A stretch of 64,000 bases of DNA, taken from positions 6,235,359-6,299,358 of the forward strand of contig OZ242279.1 of the NCBI GenBank assembly GCA_965207265.1, read 5' to 3'. The translations under genes and the position numbers were made by a program. The DNA is from Vicinamibacterales bacterium. Its GTDB lineage: Bacteria > Acidobacteriota > Vicinamibacteria > Vicinamibacterales > UBA8438. The notes under the pieces are model-generated. The model was not told where the DNA came from. It did no database searches and saw nothing but the letters and a program-made list of their open reading frames with translations. Positions within the stretch are counted from its first letter, which is position 1. Every line of letters begins with the position of its first letter. Of this stretch, positions 1 through 9,221 are shown one piece after another.

Positions 1-200
1 TCTCCGCGGATGAGGTTGCGCGCGATGTCGGCATAGCACCACTCGACCGCCGTGGTCTTGACCTCCCAATCGGCGCGGGCATGAGGCCAGACGAGCCAGG
101 TCGCGTGGTGAGGCTCCCACTCCGCGGGCATCCGGAAGCCGGCGTCGCTCGGCGCCGGCGCCGCTCCCCGGCGGGACGGCGCGCGCCGCAGGCCGCTCAT
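1..200 (-). CDS. aguA: Agmatine deiminase, N-terminal fragment (gene continues past the window start)
   Basis: Reverse translation from the ATG at 200 gives MSGLRRAPSRRGAAPAPSDAGFRMPAEWEPHHATWLVWPHARADWEVKTTAVEWCYADIARNLIRGE. MPAEWEPH..TW..WPH..DW is the conserved agmatine deiminase N-terminus. The ATG overlaps the TGA of the upstream amidase (ATGA at 197-200). Too short for the ORF track. Confidence 0.75.
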   Translation of the reverse strand, partial: MSGLRRAPSRRGAAPAPSDAGFRMPAEWEPHHATWLVWPHARADWEVKTTAVEWCYADIARNLIRG

Positions 201-1141
201 CGCGCCCGCTGGACCTCGCGCGGCGGGTCGTCCAGATAGCGCCGCGTGATCGGTGCGTAGGTATCGATGCGGCGATCCCGGAGAAACGGCCACGCCCGCC
301 GTTGTTCCTCCAGGGCGCGCCGGCTGCATCGCGCGACCACCACGCCGGCAGTGTCTCCGTCCGCCCGGGCGATTACCCGCCCCCCGGGGTCGCAGACGAA
401 CGAGCCGCCCCAGAATCGCAGCGCACCCGCTTCCGACGTCTCCGTGCCTACACGGTTCACGGCTGCCACGTAGACCCCGTTCGCGATGGCGTGTCCCCGC
501 TGCACCGTCATCCAGGCATCGCGTTCGGCGAGCCCGTCGTCACCCGGCTCGCCGGTGCCGATCCAACCGATTGCCGTCGGATAGAAGATTGCCTCGGCGC
601 CCTGCAGAGCGGTCAGGCGAGCCGCCTCCGGGTACCATTGATCCCAGCAGATCAGCACGCCGATACGTGCGTGCCGGGTCTCGAAGACGCGGTAGCCGAG
701 GTCGCCCGGCGTGAAGTAGAACTTCTCGAGGAACTGCGGATCGTCGGGCACGTGCACCTTGCGGTACACGCCGAGCAGCTCTCCCGAAGCGTCGATCACG
801 ACCGCGGAATTGTGGTACAGGCCGGCGGCGCGACGCTCGAAGAGCGGCACTATCAGCACGACGCCGAGCGCCCGCGCGAGCCTCGCGTAGCGCGTGGTGA
901 GGGTTCCGGGAATCTCCTCGGCCAGATCGAAGCAGGCGGCGTCCTCGCGCTGGCAGAAGTACGGCGTCGCGAACAACTCCTGCAAGCAGACGATCTGCGC
1001 GCCCCGCCCTGCCGCGTCGCGGACGCCGGCCTCGGCCGCCTCGTGGTTGCGGGCGGCCAGCGGGCGGCAGGCCATCTGTACGAGACCGATGGTGAACTCG
1101 CCGGCCGGGGATGCCGGCGCCTTGGTCATGTCTCGTGCCAC
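197..1141 (-). CDS. aguB: N-carbamoylputrescine amidase (carbon-nitrogen hydrolase family)
   Basis: 314-aa track ORF with nitrilase-superfamily signatures (CLQELF, GVLICWDQWYPE with catalytic Cys, FYPTAIGW). It is translationally coupled to agmatine deiminase downstream. Confidence 0.8.
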   Translation of the reverse strand: MARDMTKAPASPAGEFTIGLVQMACRPLAARNHEAAEAGVRDAAGRGAQIVCLQELFATPYFCQREDAACFDLAEEIPGTLTTRYARLARALGVVLIVPLFERRAAGLYHNSAVVIDASGELLGVYRKVHVPDDPQFLEKFYFTPGDLGYRVFETRHARIGVLICWDQWYPEAARLTALQGAEAIFYPTAIGWIGTGEPGDDGLAERDAWMTVQRGHAIANGVYVAAVNRVGTETSEAGALRFWGGSFVCDPGGRVIARADGDTAGVVVARCSRRALEEQRRAWPFLRDRRIDTYAPITRRYLDDPPREVQRAR

Positions 1142-1157
1142 CGCGACCCGGACCGAC

Positions 1158-1877
1158 CTATCGCCCGGAGTTCAGCGTGTCGAGCTCGCGCTCGGCATCG
1201 AAACGGTAGCCGGAGGCCGGAAACTCGTCGACGAGACGCTGGAACGCCTGCATCGCCTCGGCCGGCCTGGCGGCCAGGCGATACGACTGGCCGAGCCGCA
1301 TCAGCACTGCATCGAAGGGGAACTCGGCGTCCGCGAGCCGGGATTCCGCTTCGAGCAGGTCAATCGCCTCCTCGTACTCCCCGGCCTGCAGATGCGCTTC
1401 GGCGCGTCCGAGACGGGCCATGCGCGCATAGATGCCGTCGCTGGCGACCTCGATCAGGCGTTGGTACTGCGCTGCGGCTTCCGTGGTGCGGCCCAGGGCT
1501 CCGAGCGCGACCGCCGCCTGATAGCGGGCCACGATGCCCTGCTGCAGGCTCGGATACGCATCGGCCGCCGCGAGCAGCCGGGGCACCGCGGTCTCGAGCT
1601 TGGCGGCCTCCGACGGGTACGCGTCCGGTCCGGCGGCCGCCTGTCCGTCCGCAGGAACGACCGGGGCATCCACCACCGCCATCGCGGACGCCAGCAACTC
1701 GCTGGCGCGCGAGGTGCGCCACTGCTGCCAACCGAATACCGACGCACCGGCAACCAGCACGCCGAGGACGCTTACGGTGCCGACGGCCCACCGACCTCTC
1801 CGCATGGACTCCAGCAGGGGCTGCAGCCCGGCGGCCAGTGGGTCGGCCTTGAGATGGTGTCTCTCCGCTCTCTTCAT
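1158..1877 (-). CDS. Membrane-anchored tetratricopeptide-repeat protein (YfgM-like)
   Basis: Track ORF 1158..1928 trimmed to the MKRAERHH start. It has one N-terminal TM helix (WAVGTVSVLGVLVAGASVFGW) followed by TPR-like Ala/Leu-rich repeats. Confidence 0.6.
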   Translation of the reverse strand: MKRAERHHLKADPLAAGLQPLLESMRRGRWAVGTVSVLGVLVAGASVFGWQQWRTSRASELLASAMAVVDAPVVPADGQAAAGPDAYPSEAAKLETAVPRLLAAADAYPSLQQGIVARYQAAVALGALGRTTEAAAQYQRLIEVASDGIYARMARLGRAEAHLQAGEYEEAIDLLEAESRLADAEFPFDAVLMRLGQSYRLAARPAEAMQAFQRLVDEFPASGYRFDAERELDTLNSGR

Positions 1878-2074
1878 GGTGTCATCATCGAGGGATCCCC
1901 TAATCTTAACAAAAAAGAGCACGCCCACCGGCGGCCCCGCGGGGCCTGGCGCTGCAACCGATGTGGTAGAGTAGCGCGCGGCGCCGGGTCGGGAAGCGCA
2001 TCAGTCCCAGCGGTTGCGCTGAATTTTCCCGACGCGCCGAGGCGGGCGCCTCGCCCCGGACCACCTGTTGACGT

Positions 2075-3587
2075 AATGAGTCACGACTCGCAAGAGCCTT
2101 CGAGACGCCAGTTCTTGCGTGCCGCGGGGTTCGCGCTTGCCGGCAACGCGGTACGGGCGCCTGCCCTGCTTCGCGGGCAGGAAGGTCCGCCGCTGCTCCC
2201 GCCGTACGTCACCGACATCGACGGCAGCGGCGCGATCGACGCCTCCGACCGGGAGATCGTCAGCACCGCCCTGTACGCGCAACGGGGATTCGGTCTCACG
2301 CCGCGGCCGGGATTCGACTACCGGGCCGACGTGTTCGGACGCGCAGTCGTCGAGCCGCTGGTCGTCGATTCGGTCACGCATTCCATCCAACGCTACGGCG
2401 AATCGCCCATGCCGACGCCCCGCCGGCCGATCACCGTCGCCTGGCACTATGGCTGGTACAACACCCTGGACCGCCCTCCCGGCTCCCAGACCGTCCGTTT
2501 CAAGGGAGGCGACTATCTGTCGTCCGATCCGGAGGTCGAAACGACCTTCCATGATCTGAAGAACGAGTTCGGCGTCACGGTGGACGCCTTGAGCTGGATC
2601 CCGCGGCGCTTGACGACCGGCAACAATCGCAACTACTTCCGTGGATTCCTGCAGGCGCCGAACGTCGCCACCCGTCACGTCTGCCTGCTCTACGAGGACA
2701 CTCTGGCGCTGCCGGCCACCGGCGGGCGAATCGGCTTTCTTGCGCCGACCGTGCAGTCCGCCTTCCGCGACGACTTCGTCGCGATGGCCCGCTTCCTGAA
2801 AGACGTGCGCCGCGTCAGTCCCGTCCGTATCTTCGCTCTGGACGGACGTCCGGTGGTCTTCATCTTCGGCACGCACACCTGGGGACGGTTGCCGCTCAGC
2901 ACGCGGGAAGCGTCCGCGATGCAGACGACGATCGCGAGCGCCAGACAGGACTTCGCCGACGTCTACGGGGAGTTCCCGTACCTCGTCGGCGAGGAGATGC
3001 AACTGTCCTCGACCGGGCAGTTCTCGGCCGACCGTCGCACGCGCAGCCGCTTCTTCGACGCCATCTACATCTATCATCACGCCGCCAACATCAAGCAGGG
3101 CAGCGAGCAGCGGCTGCGGATGTCGCCCTTGTACCTCCAGAACCAGATCAACACCCTCCGCACCACGTATGCCGCCGCGACAGAAATCCGCAACCTCTTC
3201 ACCGGGCGCCGCCTCCTGGTCATCCCCAATCTGGCTCCCGGCTTCGCCAAGTCGGGCCATCCGACCCTGGAAATCGGGCGCGGCGAGTACGCCGATTTCA
3301 TGAAGCTCCTGAAGGGCATGCACATGGAGGAGCACATCCTGCGGTACTGGTCCGGCGAGCTCGGGCAGGCCGTGCTGCCGGCGCCGGTCTATGTCGTCGG
3401 TTCCTGGAACGAGGAGTTCGAAGGGCACTGCGTATGGCCCTTCGATTTCAACCTGTCGGTGCCTGCCGAATCGGTCGAGCAGCACGGCTTCGACATCCCG
3501 ATGGCGCTCAAGGAGGTCTTCGGCTGGAATCACTACGCGTTTCGCGACATAGCCCCCGCCGCACCGCCGGCCGAACCGGTCTTCTGA
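2075..3587 (+). CDS. TAT-signal secreted protein with dockerin/EF-hand-like DxDxSG motif and a GH99-like (WbsX-like) TIM-barrel region
   Basis: Track ORF 894..3587 trimmed to the ATG at 2075 (MSHDSQEPSRRQFLRAAGFALAG is a twin-arginine signal). Motifs seen: DIDGSGAIDASD calcium-loop-like, WHYGWYN and GSWNEEFEG reminiscent of the GH99 SFNEWHEG. Functional assignment is weak. Confidence 0.5.
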
Positions 3588-3602
3588 CGCCACGGCGTTC
3601 CA

Positions 3603-4928
3603 ATGCGCACGCAAATCCTGGCGACGATCATCGTCGGCGTCACCGAGTGGCTGGCAGAGCGGTCCATCCGTGTCCGCCGACTGCTGACGGTAATCTATGA
3701 CCGGCTCTACGCCACGGAGTGGATGAACCGGCCGCCGGCCGCCCATTCGCGGTTCACGCCCGAGCAGATCGTCGCCCGGACCGACATCTTCAACGCCGCC
3801 GCCGATCGCTACTTCGCCGAGCAGACGGATCAACCGTTCCTGCTGGGCAAGCCGTATACCGATATCGACAACTTCGCGCGACGCTTCTTCGACATCGGCG
3901 TCGTCACGCACTGGCTCCGCCTCGCGCCCGGCGACGTCGTGATGGAGCTCGGCGCCGGGACCTGCTGGCTGCTGCATTTTCTGAATCGGTACGGCTGCCC
4001 CACCATCGCCGTCGACGTGTCCCCCGCGGCGCTGGAGATGGGTCGCCAACTGTTCGAGCGCGACCCGCAGACCAACTGGGATCTCGATCCGCAGTTCCTC
4101 CCCTATGACGGGCACCGGATCCCGTTGCCCGATGGGCACGTCGACAAGATCCTGCTGTACGATGCCTTTCATCACGTTCCCAATCAGGACGAGGTCCTGC
4201 GAGAGATGGCGCGCGTCCTCAAGGTCGGTGGCGTCGTCGCGATGTGCGAGCCGGCCCCGGGACACAGCCACACCGAGGCGAGCCTGAACGAAATGGACGC
4301 CTGGGACGTGCTGGAGAACGACATCGACGTGGAGGCGCTGGAACAGCGTGCGCTCGCCTGCGGATTCAGCAGAATGACCGTGGTCCCCATCGGTCTGCCG
4401 CTCTCGGTGGAAGTGCCGGCGGGGAGTCTGCGCGACTTTCTCATGGGCCGCGAGCTGGGTCACTACTGGAGGTTGTGGACAACAGCGATGCGCGCGGTGA
4501 CCTACATCGTGGTCTACAAGGGCGAGTACCACGCCACGACCCGCAACCCCGACAACCTGCAAGCCCGCATCGAGCCTGCCGTCGACCGCGGACGGGTGAC
4601 CGCCGGCGCCCCCATCCAGCTTCATGTCCGCGTGACCAACACCGGCGATACCCGCTGGCTGTGCGGCACGCCGGATCGGCGCGGCACGACCCAGCTTGCC
4701 GCGAATCTTCACCGCATCGACCCGGACACCTGCATCGACCCGAAGTGGTCGCGGACCTTGCTGCCGCGCGACGTCCCCCCCGGCGACCACGTGACACTGC
4801 ACGTCGTGCTGCCGACCATCGAGACGTCGGGCGAATACCGGATCGAGTTCGACGTCATTGCCGAGCATGTCTGTGCGTTCGCCGAACGCGGCTCTCCGAC
4901 CACTGACCTGCCCATGACCATCATCTGA
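3603..4928 (+). CDS. Class I SAM-dependent methyltransferase with C-terminal Ig/NBR1-like domain
   Basis: 441-aa ORF with SAM motif I VMELGAGTCWL, then DVSPAALE and ILLYDAFHH. The C-terminal beta-rich region (HVRVTNTGDTRW...YRIEFDVI) resembles NBR1-like Ig domains. Confidence 0.75.
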   Translation: MRTQILATIIVGVTEWLAERSIRVRRLLTVIYDRLYATEWMNRPPAAHSRFTPEQIVARTDIFNAAADRYFAEQTDQPFLLGKPYTDIDNFARRFFDIGVVTHWLRLAPGDVVMELGAGTCWLLHFLNRYGCPTIAVDVSPAALEMGRQLFERDPQTNWDLDPQFLPYDGHRIPLPDGHVDKILLYDAFHHVPNQDEVLREMARVLKVGGVVAMCEPAPGHSHTEASLNEMDAWDVLENDIDVEALEQRALACGFSRMTVVPIGLPLSVEVPAGSLRDFLMGRELGHYWRLWTTAMRAVTYIVVYKGEYHATTRNPDNLQARIEPAVDRGRVTAGAPIQLHVRVTNTGDTRWLCGTPDRRGTTQLAANLHRIDPDTCIDPKWSRTLLPRDVPPGDHVTLHVVLPTIETSGEYRIEFDVIAEHVCAFAERGSPTTDLPMTII

Positions 4929-4946
4929 GGTGGGATCCGCTGGGAA

Positions 4947-5023
4947 TGGCGCGCGTGCCCGGACTCGAACCGGGGGCCTGCCGCTTAGGAGGCGGCCGCT
5001 CTATCCAACTGAGCTACACGCGC
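4947..5023 (-). tRNA. tRNA-Arg (anticodon CCT)
   Basis: Reverse complement is GCGCGTGTAGCTCAGTTGGATAGAGCGGCCGCCTCCTAAGCGGCAGGCCCCCGGTTCGAGTCCGGGCACGCGCGCCA. It folds as a cloverleaf (7-bp acceptor, D loop AGTTGGATA, anticodon loop CTCCTAA, TTCGAGT T-loop, encoded CCA). Confidence 0.95.
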
Positions 5024-5084
5024 ATGGAGGTCGCGGGCGCTGGGCCGAAGGCCAGCGTTCCGTCCAGCTTACACCGTCGCCCGG

Positions 5085-5621
5085 TCAGGACGCTCTCTCG
5101 CCCTCCGACGCCCGTTCGCGGAGCGCCGCCAGTCCGTTACCGATACGGACGTACTCTTCGTAGCGCTCCTGGTAGGCCTGCAGCTTCTCGTCGTCGAGCG
5201 CGGACAGCCGCGCCCGTACTCCAGCCGGCGTATCCCCCGCCGCCCGCAGATCGGTCTCGAGCGCGTTCGCCCGCTGCTTGAAGTCGGCGTCGTGCCGGCG
5301 CTCCCACGCCAGCCATTCCGCCGTCCAGCGCGCGTGCGCGTCGTCCACTACCGCGTGTGGAAACGGGAACGCCTCGCCGGTTCGTCGCTCGATGGCGCCG
5401 ACCGCTTCCGGGAACAGCCGCCGGGCGGTGTCGGCGGCGCCGCGCCACGCCAGCAGGTCGCGCGGCTCGCTGCGCGCAGCGGCCGGGGACAGGCTCGTGA
5501 TCAGGATGGCGACCAGGCGCTCGCGATGCTGCCGCGCAAGATCCCGGCGGGCGCGCTCCGCGACGAAGAGCACGACACAGATCAGTGCAAAGATGAGAGC
5601 CTCGGTCATGCCGTCCCCCAC
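5085..5621 (-). CDS. Hypothetical membrane-anchored protein
   Basis: 178-aa ORF with an N-terminal TM helix (ALIFALICVVLFVA) and a coiled-coil-like charged C-terminus. It is co-oriented with apt upstream. No family recognised. Confidence 0.5.
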   Translation of the reverse strand: MGDGMTEALIFALICVVLFVAERARRDLARQHRERLVAILITSLSPAAARSEPRDLLAWRGAADTARRLFPEAVGAIERRTGEAFPFPHAVVDDAHARWTAEWLAWERRHDADFKQRANALETDLRAAGDTPAGVRARLSALDDEKLQAYQERYEEYVRIGNGLAALRERASEGERAS

Positions 5622-5642
5622 GAGGCCGCGTCCGGCGGGGAG

Positions 5643-6158
5643 CTAGTAATGCAGCGCCGCGAAGATGTCGTGGCCGGCCAGCCGGTCGCGGCCGCGCAGG
5701 GCGTCGAGCTCGACGAGAAACGCAAGCGCGTGCACCTCGGCGCCGCGTCCGGCGACGAGGTCGGCTGCCGCGCGCGCCGTGCCGCCCGTCGCCAGTAGAT
5801 CGTCCACGATCAGTACGCGCTGGCCGCTGCCCAGCGCGTCCTCGTGAAGCTCCAGGGTGTCGGTGCCGTACTCGAGAGCGTACTCGACACGGACCGTACG
5901 GGCCGGCAGCTTCCCCGGCTTGCGCGCCGGCACGAACCCCGCGCCGAGACGGTCCGCCACCGCCGCGCCGAAGATGAAGCCCCGGCTCTCGATCCCCACC
6001 ACCTTGTCGATTGCGGCCTCCTGAAACGGCTCGACGAGGCACGCGATGGCCCGGCGCAGTCCACCGGGGTCGCCGAGAAGCGTCGTGATGTCCTTGAACA
6101 GGATGCCCGGCTTCGGAAAGTCCGGCACCTCGCGGATCAGACTCTTCAGCTCTTGCAT
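5643..6158 (-). CDS. apt: Adenine phosphoribosyltransferase
   Basis: Track ORF 5643..6398 trimmed to [28 protein letters not shown]. The PRPP-binding motif [13 protein letters not shown] is present. Confidence 0.9.
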   Translation of the reverse strand: MQELKSLIREVPDFPKPGILFKDITTLLGDPGGLRRAIACLVEPFQEAAIDKVVGIESRGFIFGAAVADRLGAGFVPARKPGKLPARTVRVEYALEYGTDTLELHEDALGSGQRVLIVDDLLATGGTARAAADLVAGRGAEVHALAFLVELDALRGRDRLAGHDIFAALHY

Positions 6159-6177
6159 CTCTCGGGTCGCGGCTCCG

Positions 6178-6453
6178 TCAGGTGCGAACCACGAATCCTC
6201 CGGTCGCGTCCAGCGGCGCGACGTCTTCGACGGTGATGCCGAGCACTCTCGACAGCCGGGGGCCCCGGTGCAGGGCGCGCTCGAACCGATCCATCGCCTC
6301 GCGGTCGCCCTCGCCGACCGCCTCCACCCGGCCGTCGGCGAGGTTGCGCACGAAGCCGCGCACGCCTTCCCGCCGAGCCGCCCCGGCTGCGAACGCACGG
6401 AATCCGACGCGCTGTACGCGACCGCTCACGAGCAGACGCCTGGTCACCGTCAT
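6178..6453 (-). CDS. acyP: Acylphosphatase
   Basis: Track ORF 6178..6540 trimmed to [19 protein letters not shown] (the acylphosphatase signature V.G.VQGVGFR) plus [12 protein letters not shown]. About 91 aa, the typical size. Confidence 0.85.
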   Translation of the reverse strand: MTVTRRLLVSGRVQRVGFRAFAAGAARREGVRGFVRNLADGRVEAVGEGDREAMDRFERALHRGPRLSRVLGITVEDVAPLDATGGFVVRT

Positions 6454-6570
6454 CGTCGGGATCGCCCGCCGGGCGCCGTGATTATAGCCGACCGGCGCGC
6501 TTCGCCGCGGTCGGGAATCCGGTCGCTCGGGCCGGCGCATATGCTAACCTGCCGTGATATGGAGGTTCCC

Positions 6571-8127
6571 ATGAGATCCGTAGTCTGTCTGTTGGCTGCC
6601 ATGTTGCTGGCCGCCCCCGCCGGTGCGCAGTTCGCCGAGGTCGGTTCGCTCGACTTCCCGACGTCCGCGCGTTCCGAAGAAGCGCAACGCCATTTCCTGC
6701 GCGGAGTGGCCGTTCTCCACAGCTTCGGCTGGAAGCAGGCCATCGAGCAGTTCCAGGCGGCGCAGGCCATCGAGCCGGACTTCGCGATGGCCTACTGGGG
6801 CGAAACGCTGAGTTACAACCACCCGCTCTTCGGCGGCGGCCCCAACCTCGACGAGGAGAGTCCCCGGGCGGTGCTCGCACGCCTGGGTCCGACCCGGGCG
6901 GCACGGGCCGCCAAGGCGCCGACCGACCGGGAGAAGGGCTTCCTCGAAGCGGTCGAGGTGCTGTGGAGCGATGAGGGCGCCTACGACGAGAGGCGCGTCG
7001 GTTACATGGAGGCGATGGGCCGGCTCTACGACCGCCATCCCGACGACCACGAGGTGGCCACCTTCTACTCGCTGTCGATGCTGGCCGGTTCACGGGCGCT
7101 TGGCGATCAGTCCTTGCGGCTCGAGGTCCGGGCGGGCAACATCGCCATGAAGGTCTTCCACGCCAATGCGGATCATCCGGGAGCACCGCACTACACGATT
7201 CACGCCTTCGACGACCCGATCCATGCGCCCCTGGCGCTCGACGCCGCACGCCGCTACGCCGAGATCGCGCCGGCCGTCTCGCACGCGCGCCACATGCCCA
7301 CCCACATCTTCATCCAGCACGGCATGTGGGATCTCGTTTCGAACCACAACCAGTCGGCGCACGACGCGGCCCGCGCCCTCTGGGAGCCGGGCGACAGCGT
7401 CGGCGACGCCGTCCACTCCCTCGACTGGGGCCAGTACGGCGACCTGCAGCGCGGCGACTACGACAAGGCGCAAGTCTGGATCGAGCGCCTGGAGCAGCTC
7501 ATCGACCAGAGCGACGGGCAGGCCCGCGCGGTCAGCACCCTGCCCCTGGTGAACGCCCGGTACGTGGTCGAGACCGAGCAGTGGCGCACCGAGCCGATTA
7601 CCGACGACTCGTCCATGCACGAGTTGCTGGCCACCGGACTCAGCGCCGTGCGCAAAGGTGATCTGACGTTGGCGCGCGAGGCCGAGGCGGCGCTCGCGGC
7701 GCGGGCCGCGGACGGCGGGGCGCAGGACCGGATCGCCCACAAGGAGGTCGCGGCGTCGATTCGGGCGGCGGAAGGCGACCAGGACGGGGCGACGGCGCTG
7801 ATGGACGAGGCGATTGCCATCGTCGAAACGCTGCGACTGCCCAACGGCGCAGCCAGCCCGGTCAAGCCCCCCTACGAGCTGTACGGAGAGATCCTGCTCC
7901 AGCTCGGCCGCCCCGCTGAAGCGCTGGCGAAGTTCGATACGTCGCTGCTGCGGATGCCGAATCGCATGCGCTCCGTGCTCGGAGCCGCGCGCTCGGCCGC
8001 CGCGAGTGGAGACCGGGTCACCGCCCGGGAGCGCTACGGCACGCTTGTCGATTTCTGGGTGGGTGCGGCCGACGAGCCGGGCTACGCCGAGGCGCGCCAG
8101 TTCCTGGCGGCGACGAACGAGAACTGA
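6571..8127 (+). CDS. Secreted TPR-like helical-repeat protein
   Basis: Track ORF 6046..8127 trimmed to MRSVVCLLAAMLLAAPAGAQ (Sec signal), with GGAGG 6 nt upstream. The body is all-helical and repeat-like. Function unknown. Confidence 0.6.
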   Translation: MRSVVCLLAAMLLAAPAGAQFAEVGSLDFPTSARSEEAQRHFLRGVAVLHSFGWKQAIEQFQAAQAIEPDFAMAYWGETLSYNHPLFGGGPNLDEESPRAVLARLGPTRAARAAKAPTDREKGFLEAVEVLWSDEGAYDERRVGYMEAMGRLYDRHPDDHEVATFYSLSMLAGSRALGDQSLRLEVRAGNIAMKVFHANADHPGAPHYTIHAFDDPIHAPLALDAARRYAEIAPAVSHARHMPTHIFIQHGMWDLVSNHNQSAHDAARALWEPGDSVGDAVHSLDWGQYGDLQRGDYDKAQVWIERLEQLIDQSDGQARAVSTLPLVNARYVVETEQWRTEPITDDSSMHELLATGLSAVRKGDLTLAREAEAALAARAADGGAQDRIAHKEVAASIRAAEGDQDGATALMDEAIAIVETLRLPNGAASPVKPPYELYGEILLQLGRPAEALAKFDTSLLRMPNRMRSVLGAARSAAASGDRVTARERYGTLVDFWVGAADEPGYAEARQFLAATNEN

Positions 8128-8147
8128 TGCAATCGCCGTGGCCGACC

Positions 8148-8224
8148 GTTGCCGGTCCCGCGCACCCGCTGCGCACGGCCGGCAACAGGCCGCGGCGCAT
8201 CCCATCGCCGTTCGCGAAACGGCG
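8148..8224. terminator. Two GC-rich hairpins between the TPR gene and tRNA-Pro (possible bidirectional terminators, no U-tract)
   Basis: GTTGCCGG (8148-8155) pairs with CCGGCAAC (8179-8186), enclosing an inner GCGCA/TGCGC stem. A second hairpin is CGCCGTT-cgcga-AACGGCG (8206-8224). Confidence 0.3.
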
Positions 8225-8270
8225 GCGTGAGTTTGTCGCTACGGATCAGCGCGAAAACCGGGAAGGAAGG

Positions 8271-8347
<77 letters not shown>

Positions 8348-8379
8348 ACACAGAACATTCATTGTAGCACCACTGGCGG

Positions 8380-9135
8380 TCAGCGCGTGGCGATGCCGTA
8401 CGGCCGGGCCCAGTCCAGGCCCGCCAGCGTGTCGCCGGCCGGACGGTACTCGCAACCCACCCATCCTTCGAACCCGAGATCGTCGATGACGTCGAACAGG
8501 TAGGGGAAGTTGATCTCCTGCGTACCGTTCGGCTCGTGGCGTCCGGGGACGCCGCCGATCTGGAAGTGGCTGATGATGTCGATGTTCGCCCGGACGGTCT
8601 CCGCGAGGCGCCCCTCCATGATCTGCATGTGGTAGAAGTCATACTGCAGGAAGACGTTGTCGGCGCCGACGCGCTCGATGATCCGCCGCGCCTGGGCCGA
8701 ACCGGTCAGGAAGTAGCCGGGGTTGTCCTGCGTGTTGAGAGGTTCGAGCAGCAGTCGGATCCCGAGCGGCCGTGCATGCGCCGACGCCCAGCGGAGGTTC
8801 GACACGAAGGTCTCCTCCGCTCGCGAATCTTCGGTGACGCCGGCCAGACAGTGAATCTGACCACAACCGGCGGCGGCCGCGTACTCGATCGCCCGCGTCA
8901 ACCCGTCGCGGTACTCCTGCTCGCGGCCCGGGACGGCGCCGGCCGCGGACGGAACGTTCATGAGCGCGGCGTCGAGCCCGTGGCTGCGAACGGACCCGGC
9001 GATGTCCCGCGGCGACTCTCCGTACGGCGCCTGGATCTCGACGCCGTCGAACCCCGCGCCGGCGGCCTGCTCGAAGCGGTCGAGCAGCTCCCACTCGTTG
9101 AACATCATCGTGACGCTGGCGGCAAACCTCGGCAT
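8380..9135 (-). CDS. hyi: Hydroxypyruvate isomerase family protein (xylose isomerase-like TIM barrel)
   Basis: Track ORF 8380..9168 trimmed to MPRFAASVTMMFNEWELLDRFEQAAGAGFDGVE, the typical Hyi N-terminus. HFQIGGVPGRHEP is also present. Confidence 0.8.
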   Translation of the reverse strand: MPRFAASVTMMFNEWELLDRFEQAAGAGFDGVEIQAPYGESPRDIAGSVRSHGLDAALMNVPSAAGAVPGREQEYRDGLTRAIEYAAAAGCGQIHCLAGVTEDSRAEETFVSNLRWASAHARPLGIRLLLEPLNTQDNPGYFLTGSAQARRIIERVGADNVFLQYDFYHMQIMEGRLAETVRANIDIISHFQIGGVPGRHEPNGTQEINFPYLFDVIDDLGFEGWVGCEYRPAGDTLAGLDWARPYGIATR

Positions 9136-9207
9136 GCTGCTCCTCTCGCGGCGCGCCCATCCTATCATCCACCCTCGGGCCGGTCGATGCGCCCGCAGCG
9201 CCCCGGC

Positions 9208-9213
9208 TATGAT
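9208..9213 (+). promoter_or_regulatory. -10 box TATGAT placed 8 nt before the hemH ATG (leaderless arrangement)
   Basis: The sequence reads ggcTATGATtctccgccATG, with no Shine-Dalgarno sequence between the box and the start codon. Confidence 0.35.
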
Positions 9214-9221
9214 TCTCCGCC

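Noticed and set aside
2001-4868. 955-aa ORF on the minus strand, the longest in this region
   Set aside because: It lies antisense to two plus-strand genes with recognisable features (a TAT signal and a SAM-binding motif). Its translation is Arg/Gly/Asp/Val-rich low-information sequence typical of shadow ORFs in high-GC DNA. No motifs were seen.
4930-5281. Track ORFs 4930..5163 and 4946..5281 (plus strand), and ORFs overlapping tRNA-Pro (8246..8464, 8270..8503)
   Set aside because: They overlap bona fide tRNA genes and the antisense strand of a neighbouring CDS, and have no coding features.
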